Source: a virus | Strand: one strand, 5' to 3' | IMG/VR virus record: IMGVR_UViG_3300046673_000058 | Location: 1-64,000 of that record | DNA length: 64,000 bases | Shown here: in pieces, positions 48,301 through 57,733 of the stretch | Numbering within the stretch: the stretch's first letter is position 1 | Layout of the letters: each line of letters begins with the position of its first letter | Made by a program: the position numbers and the translations under genes | The notes under the pieces: model-generated | What the model saw: the letters and a program-made list of their open reading frames with translations, nothing else | What the model was told of the DNA's origin: nothing | Database searches by the model: none

Positions 48301-49261
48301 TGTCCGCTATCATCTCCCAGCTATCGCAGGGAGTCTTCCCGCTCTAATTGATAAGAACGCGACAACAAAGACCACAAAGAGGATGAGTAAGCCCATCTTT
48401 TGCTCGTGTTCGTTCGGGGGTGCTATGTCGTTCCATTCATCGGTCATTACTTCACCTTGTCTAAGTCCTTATAGCCGTTTAGCGTAAGTACCATGTCGAG
48501 TTCGCACCAATTACATAAGAGTACCCCACTGATGTAAACAGCATGTCCGGTTACTTCTTTACTGCAGCGTGAGCAGAGGCCAAATGATAGGGGGTTTGCA
48601 GTTCGGTCAGTCATTTCCACCTCTCTTTTCTTCTTTCAATTCTTTTAAATCGAAATCGTGAATAAATTTTACATATTTAAGTATTGTATCTATCTTATCT
48701 TCAATCCGGTTTAATTGTTCTAAATTAGTCATTTTACAAACCCCCTCACTTAAAACATATTGCTAAGACTACTAACATCAACATAATTTGAATCCCAAAT
48801 AATTGAATTTTTATTGTTTCTACATCAGTTGGAGCTCTCATCTTACCCCCCCATGCGACATTTCATCTCGACAGCTTGCCATCGCAGCACTCGCACTCCT
48901 ACCCGATGTTGTGGTATTTGTTCACATAACTTACACCACATTTTTCTTCACCTTCGTGCTCTTATCCTTGAGTAGAGTGTTCGCTCGCAACTAACGCACA
49001 ATAGTCTACGCATCGGTCAACAATTTGATACACCGTAGTCTCATGACGTTCGGCCCACGCTTTGAGAATGGCATACGCTCGGTCGCTAATCTCTATATGT
49101 TGCATTTTTCACCTCTCTTTTTCTTCTTCCTACCATATACGGTCGTTCTTCTAACCATAAAGCAACAACCCACATACCGACCATAGAAAGTATAATTGCC
49201 GCTAGAATAATTGCTACTTCAGGAGTCATTTTTCACCCATGGCTAATTTCTTCACCAACCT

Positions 49262-49510
49262 TCACTCGCGTTTTGTGTGCGAGGCTATGAACTTCATTGC
49301 TTCTGCTTCGGTTGTTTCTTCATAAGGATTATCCCCCCCAATACCCGAAGCCGCAATCACACCAGAGCTGGCTTCCCACTCTTTGCTTTTAGGGTTCCAC
49401 CGCTCAGGTTTTGTTCCGTCGCGCATGCGGTGTACTGAAATGGGCTTCATATAGTTAGGTGATTCTTTACGGTATGAGCTAATAAAGAAGAAGTATCTAG
49501 TTTTAGTCAT
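49262..49510 (-). CDS. Candidate immunity protein for the MuF RelA/SpoT-like toxin
   Basis: YFF..P.SVHR...ERW....WE...YEETTEAEAMKFI resembles small proteins I recall downstream of RelA/SpoT toxin domains (unverified). Confidence 0.5.
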   Translation of the reverse strand: MTKTRYFFFISSYRKESPNYMKPISVHRMRDGTKPERWNPKSKEWEASSGVIAASGIGGDNPYEETTEAEAMKFIASHTKRE

Positions 49511-49516
49511 GCTGTT

Positions 49517-49651
49517 TCACTCCTGGACATACGCTCTGCTTCCCCTGCTTACGTTTATAAGCCGAGTTATTATCTCGTCGAATGTTTCTCCTTTCTCCCC
49601 TAGTTTCCTGAGCTTTTCGTGCGTCTCGTCCCTTACTACAATGGTTTTCAT
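49517..49651 (-). CDS. Ribbon-helix-helix (archaeal antitoxin-like) microprotein
   Basis: MKTIVVRDETHEKLRKLGEKGETFDEIITRLI. Confidence 0.75.
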   Translation of the reverse strand: MKTIVVRDETHEKLRKLGEKGETFDEIITRLINVSRGSRAYVQE

Positions 49652-49657
49652 ACTCGT

Positions 49658-50572
49658 TCACCTGCGGAGTGGGTTTGGTGTGTGAACTTCCGCTTGACCC
49701 GCTGCTGTCAATTCCCGTAGTCTCTGTTCGTGCTCTCTGTTTGCCGCTGAAATCCGTCGGGCTACTTCTTTTTCCTTCTGTTGGCGCTCGCGTATCGCCT
49801 CTCGGCGTGCGAGGTCTTCGGGGTGTTCAACCTCAGCTACTGGCTCTACTAACGGTTTTTCTGAACCCCCAACTTCGAAGTGCACTGCGTAGTTGACGTC
49901 GTAGTAGTCGGTCATTGGGTCGCTGTTGTCCCAGTTGTCTTTGTTGATAATCTCTTGCGCACGGTTGAGGAGGGTCTTTCCTTCCTCAGTGAAGGTTTTG
50001 TAGTTCACAACGTTTCCGTGAACTTGGGTCCACTTTCGCTCTGCCATTATGATTACATTGTCGCGCTCGTTGGTTTGCCACTGCTCTTCTCCGTGAACTG
50101 CGTCTTCCCTGATTTCTTCGGGAGTTCGGAACACACGGACGTCTGCCTGCGAGAGTTCAATGTTTAGGCTTTGTCCCATCGAGTAGTACTCTGTCCTCAC
50201 TGACCACTTGCATCCAGGAAACTCAGCCTTGAGTTGTTCGCGAACTTCCTTGGCGATTCTCTTAAGAGGCTTGTGCTTAGGGTTGGGGTCTGACAGTTCT
50301 TTTGCTTCCCTCTCTTTGCGCTCAATCTTCTGCGCGGCTTTAAATTCATTGTACGCACGCGCGTTTTCTAGTTGTTTTTCTATGTATGCCGCCCTGTTTT
50401 CGCTTGTTGGAAATACGTAGTTTGCGAAAGGCTTTACCGCTCGTGGGCGGAAGAGCATCAGTTGGCAGGGATGATGAGTATTGGGCATATCCTTTTTCCA
50501 GATTTTTACCCCTGTTGCTTCGTCAACAATCGCAGCATTTCGCTCCGTTTCGAAAAGGTCAATAACCCGCAT
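49658..50572 (-). CDS. LPD29-domain protein
   Basis: AKEVREQLKAEFPGCKWSVRTEYYSMGQSLNI...DNSDPMTDYYDVNY. Confidence 0.8.
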   Translation of the reverse strand: MRVIDLFETERNAAIVDEATGVKIWKKDMPNTHHPCQLMLFRPRAVKPFANYVFPTSENRAAYIEKQLENARAYNEFKAAQKIERKEREAKELSDPNPKHKPLKRIAKEVREQLKAEFPGCKWSVRTEYYSMGQSLNIELSQADVRVFRTPEEIREDAVHGEEQWQTNERDNVIIMAERKWTQVHGNVVNYKTFTEEGKTLLNRAQEIINKDNWDNSDPMTDYYDVNYAVHFEVGGSEKPLVEPVAEVEHPEDLARREAIRERQQKEKEVARRISAANREHEQRLRELTAAGQAEVHTPNPLRR

Positions 50573-50607
50573 TTTTCTTTCACTCCTAGGGTTCTACACT
50601 TCATAAC

Positions 50608-50663
50608 CCCAATACCCTATACGCAACTATACTATTTATATCTATTGTATCGTTTGTATTGGG
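50608..50663 (-). promoter_or_regulatory. TATA-box promoter flanked by an inverted repeat
   Basis: Minus-strand TATAAATA (~50640-50633) between CCCAATAC (50608) and GTATTGGG (50656). Confidence 0.55.
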
Positions 50664-50672
50664 TATATCCTC

Positions 50673-52073
50673 TCATCTTCTTAGGGTTGGGAGTTCATCA
50701 TAATTGGCCGGGGGTGTAAAGTCCTTCCATTTATCATCCATCTCTTGCTCCATTCTCTCTCTTTCGTCAAGGTCAGGTTCGACTCTAGCATTCTCGTAAA
50801 TAAGATGAGTCTCCTCTTTGATTTTAAGCGATTCATCTGTGTGATACTGTAACTCAACAGCGTTACCTTCCTTATCCGTCCAAACGGTGTTGTAACCCTG
50901 GTACCCACCTGCTTGATTATCACCAAAATAATTTCTCATCTTAAGTGGCTCGTATCCTTCGGATTCAAGCGTTTTTTGGGATTCCAATACATTATCGACA
51001 AAATTTTCAGGGTCATAAATAATCGTGTAACGTAATGAATCTGTAACGCTCTCTGCTGCCTCTTTGGCTGTAAGGTCCGGTTCTTCAGCCATATAACCTG
51101 CAATCTTTCGAGCGGTGCTATCTTCCGACTTGAGTGCAAAGTCGAGACCTTCAAGATTCCCATCTGTTGAAGCCGCTATATCCGTCATCATAGCGGTTGT
51201 TTCGCTTTCCCGTTCCGCAGCGTTATTATATAGTGCCTCAGCTTCGGCGCTGACGTCTTCCCCTTCCGCTGGTACACCTTCTTCGCCTTCGCCTTCAGGC
51301 ACCTCTTCACCAGGCGCAGCTTCAGTCGGATAATTATATTCCATGATGCACATACAATTGATGACGTTACCCTCTGAACCGTCCGGGTCGCCAGGATACA
51401 TTAAGTCCTCACCATCAACGTCAAACGGTTCATCTATCGGCACTTCCTGCCCATCCGCTTCCTCATGTGCTGGGCGTGGGTTGTCGCTGGTGGTGCTCCA
51501 GACCTTCGTCGCCCCGTCAGGCATAATGTCCTGCGCAGTATCCATAGAAGCAAAATTATAAGCGCCTGCGGTTTCGGTACGGGCGATAGTCCCCGCACGA
51601 CCTATACTCATGTTATCAAAGCTATCAGACAAATCAGCAGCCATCTCTGTCGTACTCTTCCCTTCAGACTCACCGCTTCTCAGCGTGTTAGCTAACCACT
51701 GCTGGTCGGTATCAGTTATTCCATCAATCTTTGCGCCTGCGTTGTCTTTCATCCATTGGTCCGCAGAGTCTTCCCAATCCTTCTTAACCGCGTTAGGAGC
51801 CAACCATTCTTTCGTGTTGCCTTCTGCCTCTTGCGCGGCGTTCTGCCAAATTTGCTTGAGCGTCGCCTTCCAGAGTGGCGTAATAGAGTCCTTAAAAAAC
51901 TGCTTCGTGTGGTCGGGGAGCTCATCGAGTGGAATACCTGAGACTACAAATTCTAATATTCTGGGTCGTTGCTTACGATAACACCGTAATACTAATTTGT
52001 GGGCGTGCTGCTCTAGCAACTTCATAGCCTGCAAATGGCGTTTCACATAGACTGCACGCAACTGTTTATTCAT
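50673..52073 (-). CDS. MuF/SPP1-gp7-like minor head protein with C-terminal RelA/SpoT-like nucleotidyltransferase
   Basis: RAGTIARTE, KVW, RPAH..ADGQ, LMYPGDP..NVINCMC; then LKSEDSTARK, DSLRYT, YQG.N, ELQYHT, H..YE. Confidence 0.88.
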   Translation of the reverse strand: MNKQLRAVYVKRHLQAMKLLEQHAHKLVLRCYRKQRPRILEFVVSGIPLDELPDHTKQFFKDSITPLWKATLKQIWQNAAQEAEGNTKEWLAPNAVKKDWEDSADQWMKDNAGAKIDGITDTDQQWLANTLRSGESEGKSTTEMAADLSDSFDNMSIGRAGTIARTETAGAYNFASMDTAQDIMPDGATKVWSTTSDNPRPAHEEADGQEVPIDEPFDVDGEDLMYPGDPDGSEGNVINCMCIMEYNYPTEAAPGEEVPEGEGEEGVPAEGEDVSAEAEALYNNAAERESETTAMMTDIAASTDGNLEGLDFALKSEDSTARKIAGYMAEEPDLTAKEAAESVTDSLRYTIIYDPENFVDNVLESQKTLESEGYEPLKMRNYFGDNQAGGYQGYNTVWTDKEGNAVELQYHTDESLKIKEETHLIYENARVEPDLDERERMEQEMDDKWKDFTPPANYDELPTLRR

Positions 52074-52825
52074 TTCAACCCGCCTAAAAGTAACTTTCCA
52101 ATATGTTCGGTGTATGCTGGGGGGATGGCCTGTGTGAGGTCATATTTGTTTTTCGTAAGCGTTGGGTGTTTGTTCATCCAAGCAATACCCATAGCATCGC
52201 ACCAGTCGAGATACCGCGCAGAACCGTTGCCTCCGTGTCCTACCACGGTGCAATATCGGGTATTCACTCTTTCAGCATATTCTTTATTTAATTTCTTACG
52301 CAGTTCCTTATCTCCACCTGCGGAATAATTTCCAATAGGACTGCAATTAATGACTACGGCATAGTCGCCGTTCCTGACTGAACCGTTGTGCCTACATCCA
52401 CACGGCGGATAAATCCATTGTTCTGCGCTTATCTCGAATAATCTGTGCCTAATTACTCGTAGATTAAACATTGTGCCGCATAGTTTCAATGGTTTTATAA
52501 GTTTCGCGCCAACTACGTTTTCGATGATATACGGCTTGTTTGTTTCCGTCAGCATATCGCGTGTTGGTTCCAACAGATCAGGATATTTCTTTCCTTTGTT
52601 TCTCCATGATAAAGATGCAAACGAATATGCCTGACACGGCGGACTAGCGTGGATAACGTCAAACTGCTGCAGAAAATCTGGTTCCAGATCAAAAACGTCT
52701 GATTGAATAAATTCAAACGGATAATTCGGTTGTTCTTTTAGATCAACGCCTACCACATCAAACCCTGCGCGATTGTAGCCCATAGCGGCCCCGCCCGCAC
52801 CACAATACAAGTCGAGAAGCTTCAT
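52070..52825 (-). CDS. C5-cytosine DNA methyltransferase
   Basis: DLYCGAGG, HASPPCQ, IIENV, RHRLFE, QAIPPAY. Confidence 0.9.
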   Translation of the reverse strand: MKLLDLYCGAGGAAMGYNRAGFDVVGVDLKEQPNYPFEFIQSDVFDLEPDFLQQFDVIHASPPCQAYSFASLSWRNKGKKYPDLLEPTRDMLTETNKPYIIENVVGAKLIKPLKLCGTMFNLRVIRHRLFEISAEQWIYPPCGCRHNGSVRNGDYAVVINCSPIGNYSAGGDKELRKKLNKEYAERVNTRYCTVVGHGGNGSARYLDWCDAMGIAWMNKHPTLTKNKYDLTQAIPPAYTEHIGKLLLGGLK

Positions 52826-53160
52826 TCTTAATTATACCCTACAACACGTAAATTGTAAATACCAAACATGATAGCCCCAGACCCATAAGAATACCAGGGC
52901 ACCACACATCACTAAATCACTTATTTTTCGTTTCACAAGTCACTTCCTTACGCGCTTCTTCCCGTTTTTTACGTCGTTCGTCCATCAGTTTAAACAGATT
53001 TGGGGGCCGACCTCGCGGCTTTTTCATTTCTTCTTGTCCCAAAACGTACATATTTTGGGATAAAGCACTGTGTCATCAAGCAGGTGAAACCCCCGGGCAG
53101 AGCAGTAGTATCCAGTACCTGATGTGCCTGCGTGTTGGCAACTCGCACAGGGTTCTAAAA

Positions 53161-54369
53161 TCATTTTATAACCTTAGCCACTGCAACCCAGCCGGACCAC
53201 ACCGTGCCATTCCACGTCTTACGGTAAAGTGCCTTGTCAACTCCTACCGCTTCGAGAGTTACGTTGGTGCCGTCGAAGTACGCTGCTGGTCCAGTTCCCG
53301 CGAGAACCTGCCCACCGAGGTTGAACCACGTACTCCACGCGGTGCCGTTCCACGATTTCATATACACTCCATCGGGCGAACCGCGAACGTAGACATCCAT
53401 ACCAGTCCCACGGGTTATTGCCGATGGTGCTGAAGTGAGATTGCCACCTAGCGACGTCCATGTTTTGCCGTCGTCAGGACTGTGCCATAATGCGTTGTCT
53501 GAACCTTTTACAAATATATCCATTCCTAAACCTCCTGGTGTTGATGCGAAGTTGATTGTTGTCGGGGGTGGCGTTACGCCTCCAGCACGTTTCAGTATCG
53601 GCGTCATATTTGGTGGATACATTTTCATGAGGTCGGTAAATAAGCTAGGCATCGAAAAGCCCCCCTGGTTATACCACCATTGGAACCCGCAACATGGTGC
53701 TTTCTGACTTGCCATCGCGTCGACCATTTCTGCGTAGGTGCTCGCGTCAGCGCCGTAATCAGTTTGTGCCCACGTTCCGATACAGAGCCCCTGTTCAAAT
53801 GTTCCGTGGTCTTTGTTAACCCCTGCTTCCGTGCCTATTTCACTCGCGCTAATCATGCTGCTTGAGGTGTAGGTCTCAAGCCACACGTTTAGCGTGCCGG
53901 GTTTTATCGTGCAGTTCGGTGTGTATTGGTTACCGGCAAATATGTCATTGTTCCCCGTGGGGCCTCCTGTGCCTTGGCCGCCATAAGTTCCTGCGACCAT
54001 CTTACCTGGTGAAGCACTCATCATCGTGCACATCTCAGCTCCAGATTCTGATTCGCCGATTACCCATTGTACTCCGGAACTGGCGAGTTGTTGATAGTAA
54101 CTGAGGGACCAATTCGTTGAGGTGCCGTCATTGGAGTTGTTGACCCCGCACGTAACGCCGTTCGCCTGGCAGTCTGCAATGAAGGATTGGTTGGGGTAGC
54201 CCCCGTCGGAGATTACTAAGAGGAAATCTATTATTCCCTGTGCTTTTAACGGCGCTACAGCTTGGACCGTTGACGCTGGTAGCGGTGTTGTCGATGTTCG
54301 TTTTAATTTATAGGGTGTTGGGTTGGAGTCGCTTGAAGCAGCGAGGCCGTAAACCATCTGTTGTGTCAT
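53161..54369 (-). CDS. Putative glycosidase-like enzyme with three C-terminal PLL-type lectin blades
   Basis: DIFVKGSDNALWH..WTSLGG repeats; N-terminal alpha/beta core with WVIGES and WLETYTS. Confidence 0.6.
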   Translation of the reverse strand: MTQQMVYGLAASSDSNPTPYKLKRTSTTPLPASTVQAVAPLKAQGIIDFLLVISDGGYPNQSFIADCQANGVTCGVNNSNDGTSTNWSLSYYQQLASSGVQWVIGESESGAEMCTMMSASPGKMVAGTYGGQGTGGPTGNNDIFAGNQYTPNCTIKPGTLNVWLETYTSSSMISASEIGTEAGVNKDHGTFEQGLCIGTWAQTDYGADASTYAEMVDAMASQKAPCCGFQWWYNQGGFSMPSLFTDLMKMYPPNMTPILKRAGGVTPPPTTINFASTPGGLGMDIFVKGSDNALWHSPDDGKTWTSLGGNLTSAPSAITRGTGMDVYVRGSPDGVYMKSWNGTAWSTWFNLGGQVLAGTGPAAYFDGTNVTLEAVGVDKALYRKTWNGTVWSGWVAVAKVIK

Positions 54370-54380
54370 TTTAACTCTCC

Positions 54381-54632
54381 TTATCTATTAGCCCACCGTT
54401 TGAACTCGGTGCGCATATCCTTTATTTCATTAGCTAGGTATTCTAATAATTGGATTTTGGTGAGCTCCAGCCCGAACCTTGCAACCTCGGCTTCTATCTG
54501 GACATCGAGACTGAAAACCATAAGGTCTTCGGGCTTTGCTTCCTTTTTCCGTGATGCTTCCTGAATCGCATGCATCCGGTCAACGAAGTCGGCCAGTAAC
54601 AACATGGGGTCTTCGGTTGGCTTGATTATCAT
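54381..54632 (-). CDS. Hypothetical protein
   Basis: Coupled ORF. Confidence 0.45.
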   Translation of the reverse strand: MIIKPTEDPMLLLADFVDRMHAIQEASRKKEAKPEDLMVFSLDVQIEAEVARFGLELTKIQLLEYLANEIKDMRTEFKRWANR

Positions 54633-54862
54633 TTGATTGGGTCGCCTCCCATCATTTCTCGTTGCTTGTTGACCAATGATTTAGACCGTTCTACCCCATC
54701 GGCACAAATGATTGTAGGCTCAATTATTAAGGATGTGAACTTGGTGTGCGCTCTCTTGGGCACAACCCCGCCTTTCGCGGCGTGCTTGAGTATCCCGTCC
54801 TGGAAGAATCTATCATTAGGTAAGCTATACTTTCTCCCGTAAATCACGCGCTTGATTATCAT
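54629..54862 (-). CDS. Hypothetical protein
   Basis: Coupled ORF. Confidence 0.4.
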   Translation of the reverse strand: MIIKRVIYGRKYSLPNDRFFQDGILKHAAKGGVVPKRAHTKFTSLIIEPTIICADGVERSKSLVNKQREMMGGDPIK

Positions 54863-55137
54863 AACAACTTACACGGCCTTTCCCGCGCGACCTGTGAGCG
54901 CATCGCGAAGTCCGCTGCACGCTCAGGCCAATCGTATTCGTGGGCACACGGGCGGGCCCTACCTTCTGCTATTTCCTTATTGATGTCGACGGGCCACGCG
55001 CATTGGCCAACTATATCCGTGAAATCGCAACTAATGCAGTGCGTGAACCGTTGTCCAATCGGGCACACAAAGCCCTCGTCTGATAGGTAGCTGTGTGCTA
55101 CGGTGGGTTTGGCGTTGGCAGTGTCTTCAGCGGTCAT
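54859..55137 (-). CDS. Cys-rich hypothetical protein
   Basis: C..C..C..C spacing; coupled ORF. Confidence 0.4.
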   Translation of the reverse strand: MTAEDTANAKPTVAHSYLSDEGFVCPIGQRFTHCISCDFTDIVGQCAWPVDINKEIAEGRARPCAHEYDWPERAADFAMRSQVARERPCKLL

Positions 55138-55414
55138 TATGTTTCCCCTCAATCGCTAAGTCAAAGATTATCTTAACGAGTTCTGATGATATTTCCACAT
55201 AACAAATCCCGTCTTCTAATACCCCGCCGTTTCGTAAAACTTCGAGACTTAAATCGCTAATATTCCGGCCAGTATAATCGTAAAAATGGTCTTTAGGTAC
55301 TCCATCTTCAGGGTCGAATATCCCCGCTAAGATTGCGGCCTCATCCTCTAGATGCCCTTTAGCGATTTTATTCAACTCATTTAACCGGAGATATACTGAT
55401 TCAGAGTAAAGCAT
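55127..55414 (-). CDS. Hypothetical protein
   Basis: GAGG RBS; coupled ORF. Confidence 0.5.
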   Translation of the reverse strand: MLYSESVYLRLNELNKIAKGHLEDEAAILAGIFDPEDGVPKDHFYDYTGRNISDLSLEVLRNGGVLEDGICYVEISSELVKIIFDLAIEGKHNDR

Positions 55415-55576
55415 TTCTCAAACCTCAGCGGTCATAGGGGTTAAACGGATACGTAACCTTGCATTGTGCTTTCTTCAATGCTTTGACTTCACTTTTAAGC
55501 TCAGTAATCTGCATTCCCTGTGTTATGTCTACTTCCATCAATAATCGTATGAATCCTTCCACTTCTTTAGCTTTCA

Positions 55577-56314
55577 TTATAACATCTCCTTTACGCGGCG
55601 TTCCGCGATTTTACAGTATTCAGCTTCTTTTTCTATGCAGATGTAGTGGCGATTTGAACGTTTACAAGCGACGGCGGTTGTTCCTGACCCACAAGTCGGG
55701 TCAAGAACGGTGTCGCCTTCGTTGGTGTAGGTTCGTATGAGATATTCGAAAAGAGCGACGGGTTTTTGGGTTGGGTGCTGACCTACCTGCCGTTCTGTGC
55801 TATTGTTTACAAGGGCATTAATACGGATAACCGATGTCGGAAAACGTAACTCGGGAGATGATTCATTTACAGTCGAACGGGTGCCATAACATTCTTGTTT
55901 ATTGTTGCCGCTTTTAAAGTTACGTTGGTGTGCTTTTCGTGCTTCTTTTGTCTTTTGTGGATTATATGTCGGTTGTTTCTGTGTGAACACCAATACGTTT
56001 TCGTGTGCGCGTAGTGGTGCACGTTGTGCGTTAAGGAACCCGGATACGCGGCGTTTATCCCACACCAAATCGTAACGGAAAGTATCTGAGTTTGAGCTGA
56101 TTAGTGTAGTTGCGAATGGTTGTGCCGCCGTGAGGACCACTAACCCTTTACAGACCCTCCACCATTCTTTCCACAATTCACCAAGCGGTAGTGGGGTATC
56201 CCATTTACATGCAGTGACGCCATATGGTAAATCAGCGAGAATCATATCAACTGATTTATCCTCAATCGTCGGCATAACCTCAAGACAATCGCCGCAGATT
56301 ATTTGGTCTAGCAA
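55577..56314 (-). CDS. Beta-class N6-adenine/N4-cytosine DNA methyltransferase
   Basis: GDCLE, DLPYG, HPTQKP, VLDPTCGSGTT. Confidence 0.92.
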   Translation of the reverse strand: MLDQIICGDCLEVMPTIEDKSVDMILADLPYGVTACKWDTPLPLGELWKEWWRVCKGLVVLTAAQPFATTLISSNSDTFRYDLVWDKRRVSGFLNAQRAPLRAHENVLVFTQKQPTYNPQKTKEARKAHQRNFKSGNNKQECYGTRSTVNESSPELRFPTSVIRINALVNNSTERQVGQHPTQKPVALFEYLIRTYTNEGDTVLDPTCGSGTTAVACKRSNRHYICIEKEAEYCKIAERRVKEML

Positions 56315-56466
56315 TTAAACCTCATTTTTCTGCTTTAAACATATCCCACACATCACGCGTCGTTCTAATGCCGTCTATATAATATTCATCTTCGCCTTCG
56401 TTAACTATGTGGTGCAGTGTTATACATGGGAATGCGCGTATCGTTTCTACAGTCATATTTCAAACC

Positions 56467-56850
56467 TCATCGCTTATCCAAGAACACCTTAATGCCATCC
56501 TTCAGACAGCACCCCGTTCCTTTTTTCCACTCACAACGTCTGCGGTATGAATCAACCGTTGTATCCGCCATTATAATCTCATCAGTGTAGGGGGTTTTAT
56601 GGGAGGTTATAAATGCAATCGTCGGCCCTACGCGCTCTAACCCATCACATAGCCGCTCAATGGCGAGTTGTTGGCCCCATGGTATGTCTGCACTCATGTA
56701 TTTCGTTTCTCCGATGATAAAGAACCTGCCGCCGATGTCATAGAACATGTCTAGGTCTGTGGGGGTTTTTGTTCCCAACTCAAGACCCCTGAAGGAGATG
56801 AGCTGCTTCGCCGCTTCCTTGTTGCGCCATACGCTAGTTAAAGAAGACAC
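56467..56850 (-). CDS. Putative PD-(D/E)XK-fold nuclease
   Basis: PTDLD..IIGETK..GQ. Confidence 0.5.
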   Translation of the reverse strand: MSSLTSVWRNKEAAKQLISFRGLELGTKTPTDLDMFYDIGGRFFIIGETKYMSADIPWGQQLAIERLCDGLERVGPTIAFITSHKTPYTDEIIMADTTVDSYRRRCEWKKGTGCCLKDGIKVFLDKR

Positions 56851-57350
56851 GTCTGCTGTACCTCATTACCCCATGTAGCCCATCCTGGGTACTCTTTTCG
56901 TGCAAATAACTCTAAGTACCGCCCTTCCGGGTACATAGCCTCAATTATCTGGTGAACTATCGGGGGTTTTTCACTGTGCTTGGTGCGCTTCTGTCTGATT
57001 ACTGAGCGCGGACGTGCTGATGGGGTAGGGACCGGCATAGACCCTTTCCGCCCTACTAACAATAGTTCGTGCTGTATTCTGAACCAGTGTCCCATGCCTA
57101 AGTTTTCCTTGTCCCATACTGCACACGAACGATAATTAAAGCCCCATGAATTCAGGACTTCTAATGCTTCCTGGAGTTTCGGCGCGGGCGTCCAAAGAAA
57201 GAGCACCGCGTTGTTAGCAATGGGAATCTCTAGTTCTTTTATATCGTTCAGTTCCATTGTGGGGTAGTGCTTTTCTATCTGGCGCTTTGGTGTGGTGGTG
57301 CCTGAGTCGTATCTCCACGGGGGGTCGGCGTAAATCACGTCGTAGGTCAT
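56838..57350 (-). CDS. MT-A70-family adenine methyltransferase
   Basis: YADPPW, LFLW, WGFNY, HELLLVG, HSEKP, LELFAR, WGNE. Confidence 0.93.
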   Translation of the reverse strand: MTYDVIYADPPWRYDSGTTTPKRQIEKHYPTMELNDIKELEIPIANNAVLFLWTPAPKLQEALEVLNSWGFNYRSCAVWDKENLGMGHWFRIQHELLLVGRKGSMPVPTPSARPRSVIRQKRTKHSEKPPIVHQIIEAMYPEGRYLELFARKEYPGWATWGNEVQQTCLL

Positions 57351-57515
57351 GCCTTGCAGAACTCCAGTATTTCTAGCCATTCCACGTCGATGTCCTGCGC
57401 GGCTTTATACCTGCTTTTACCGCTGGCCGCATCGCGCAACGCCCTGGCGCACGACTTGCAGTATTTAGCGTGAGGGCGGCGTTGTCCTATTAGCTTGCCG
57501 CAGATTTCGCAGGAT

Positions 57516-57720
57516 TTAAGGTTTGATTCCTTCATCGGTCAGTTTCCGTATGGCTTCGCGAAGGTCGCAATTTTCGTCTAAAAGCCGGTAAACCTTTTCT
57601 TCAAACACCCGTAGTTTTGCTTTAGCTTCCGCAGAGGTGCTCGATGCTTTAATTGCCGTTATTTCGACCTTGGCTATGTGTTCGTAAATTCTTTCAATTT
57701 GTTCTTCTATGGTCATCATG
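57516..57720 (-). CDS. Coiled-coil hypothetical protein
   Basis: GGAGGTGA RBS. Confidence 0.5.
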
Positions 57721-57733
57721 GCGGTCACCTCCT

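Noticed and set aside
55577-57350. Type II restriction-modification system (methyltransferases around 56467..56850)
   Set aside because: The 127-aa nuclease-like ORF is small for a restriction enzyme, and orphan viral methyltransferases are the simpler explanation; cannot be fully excluded
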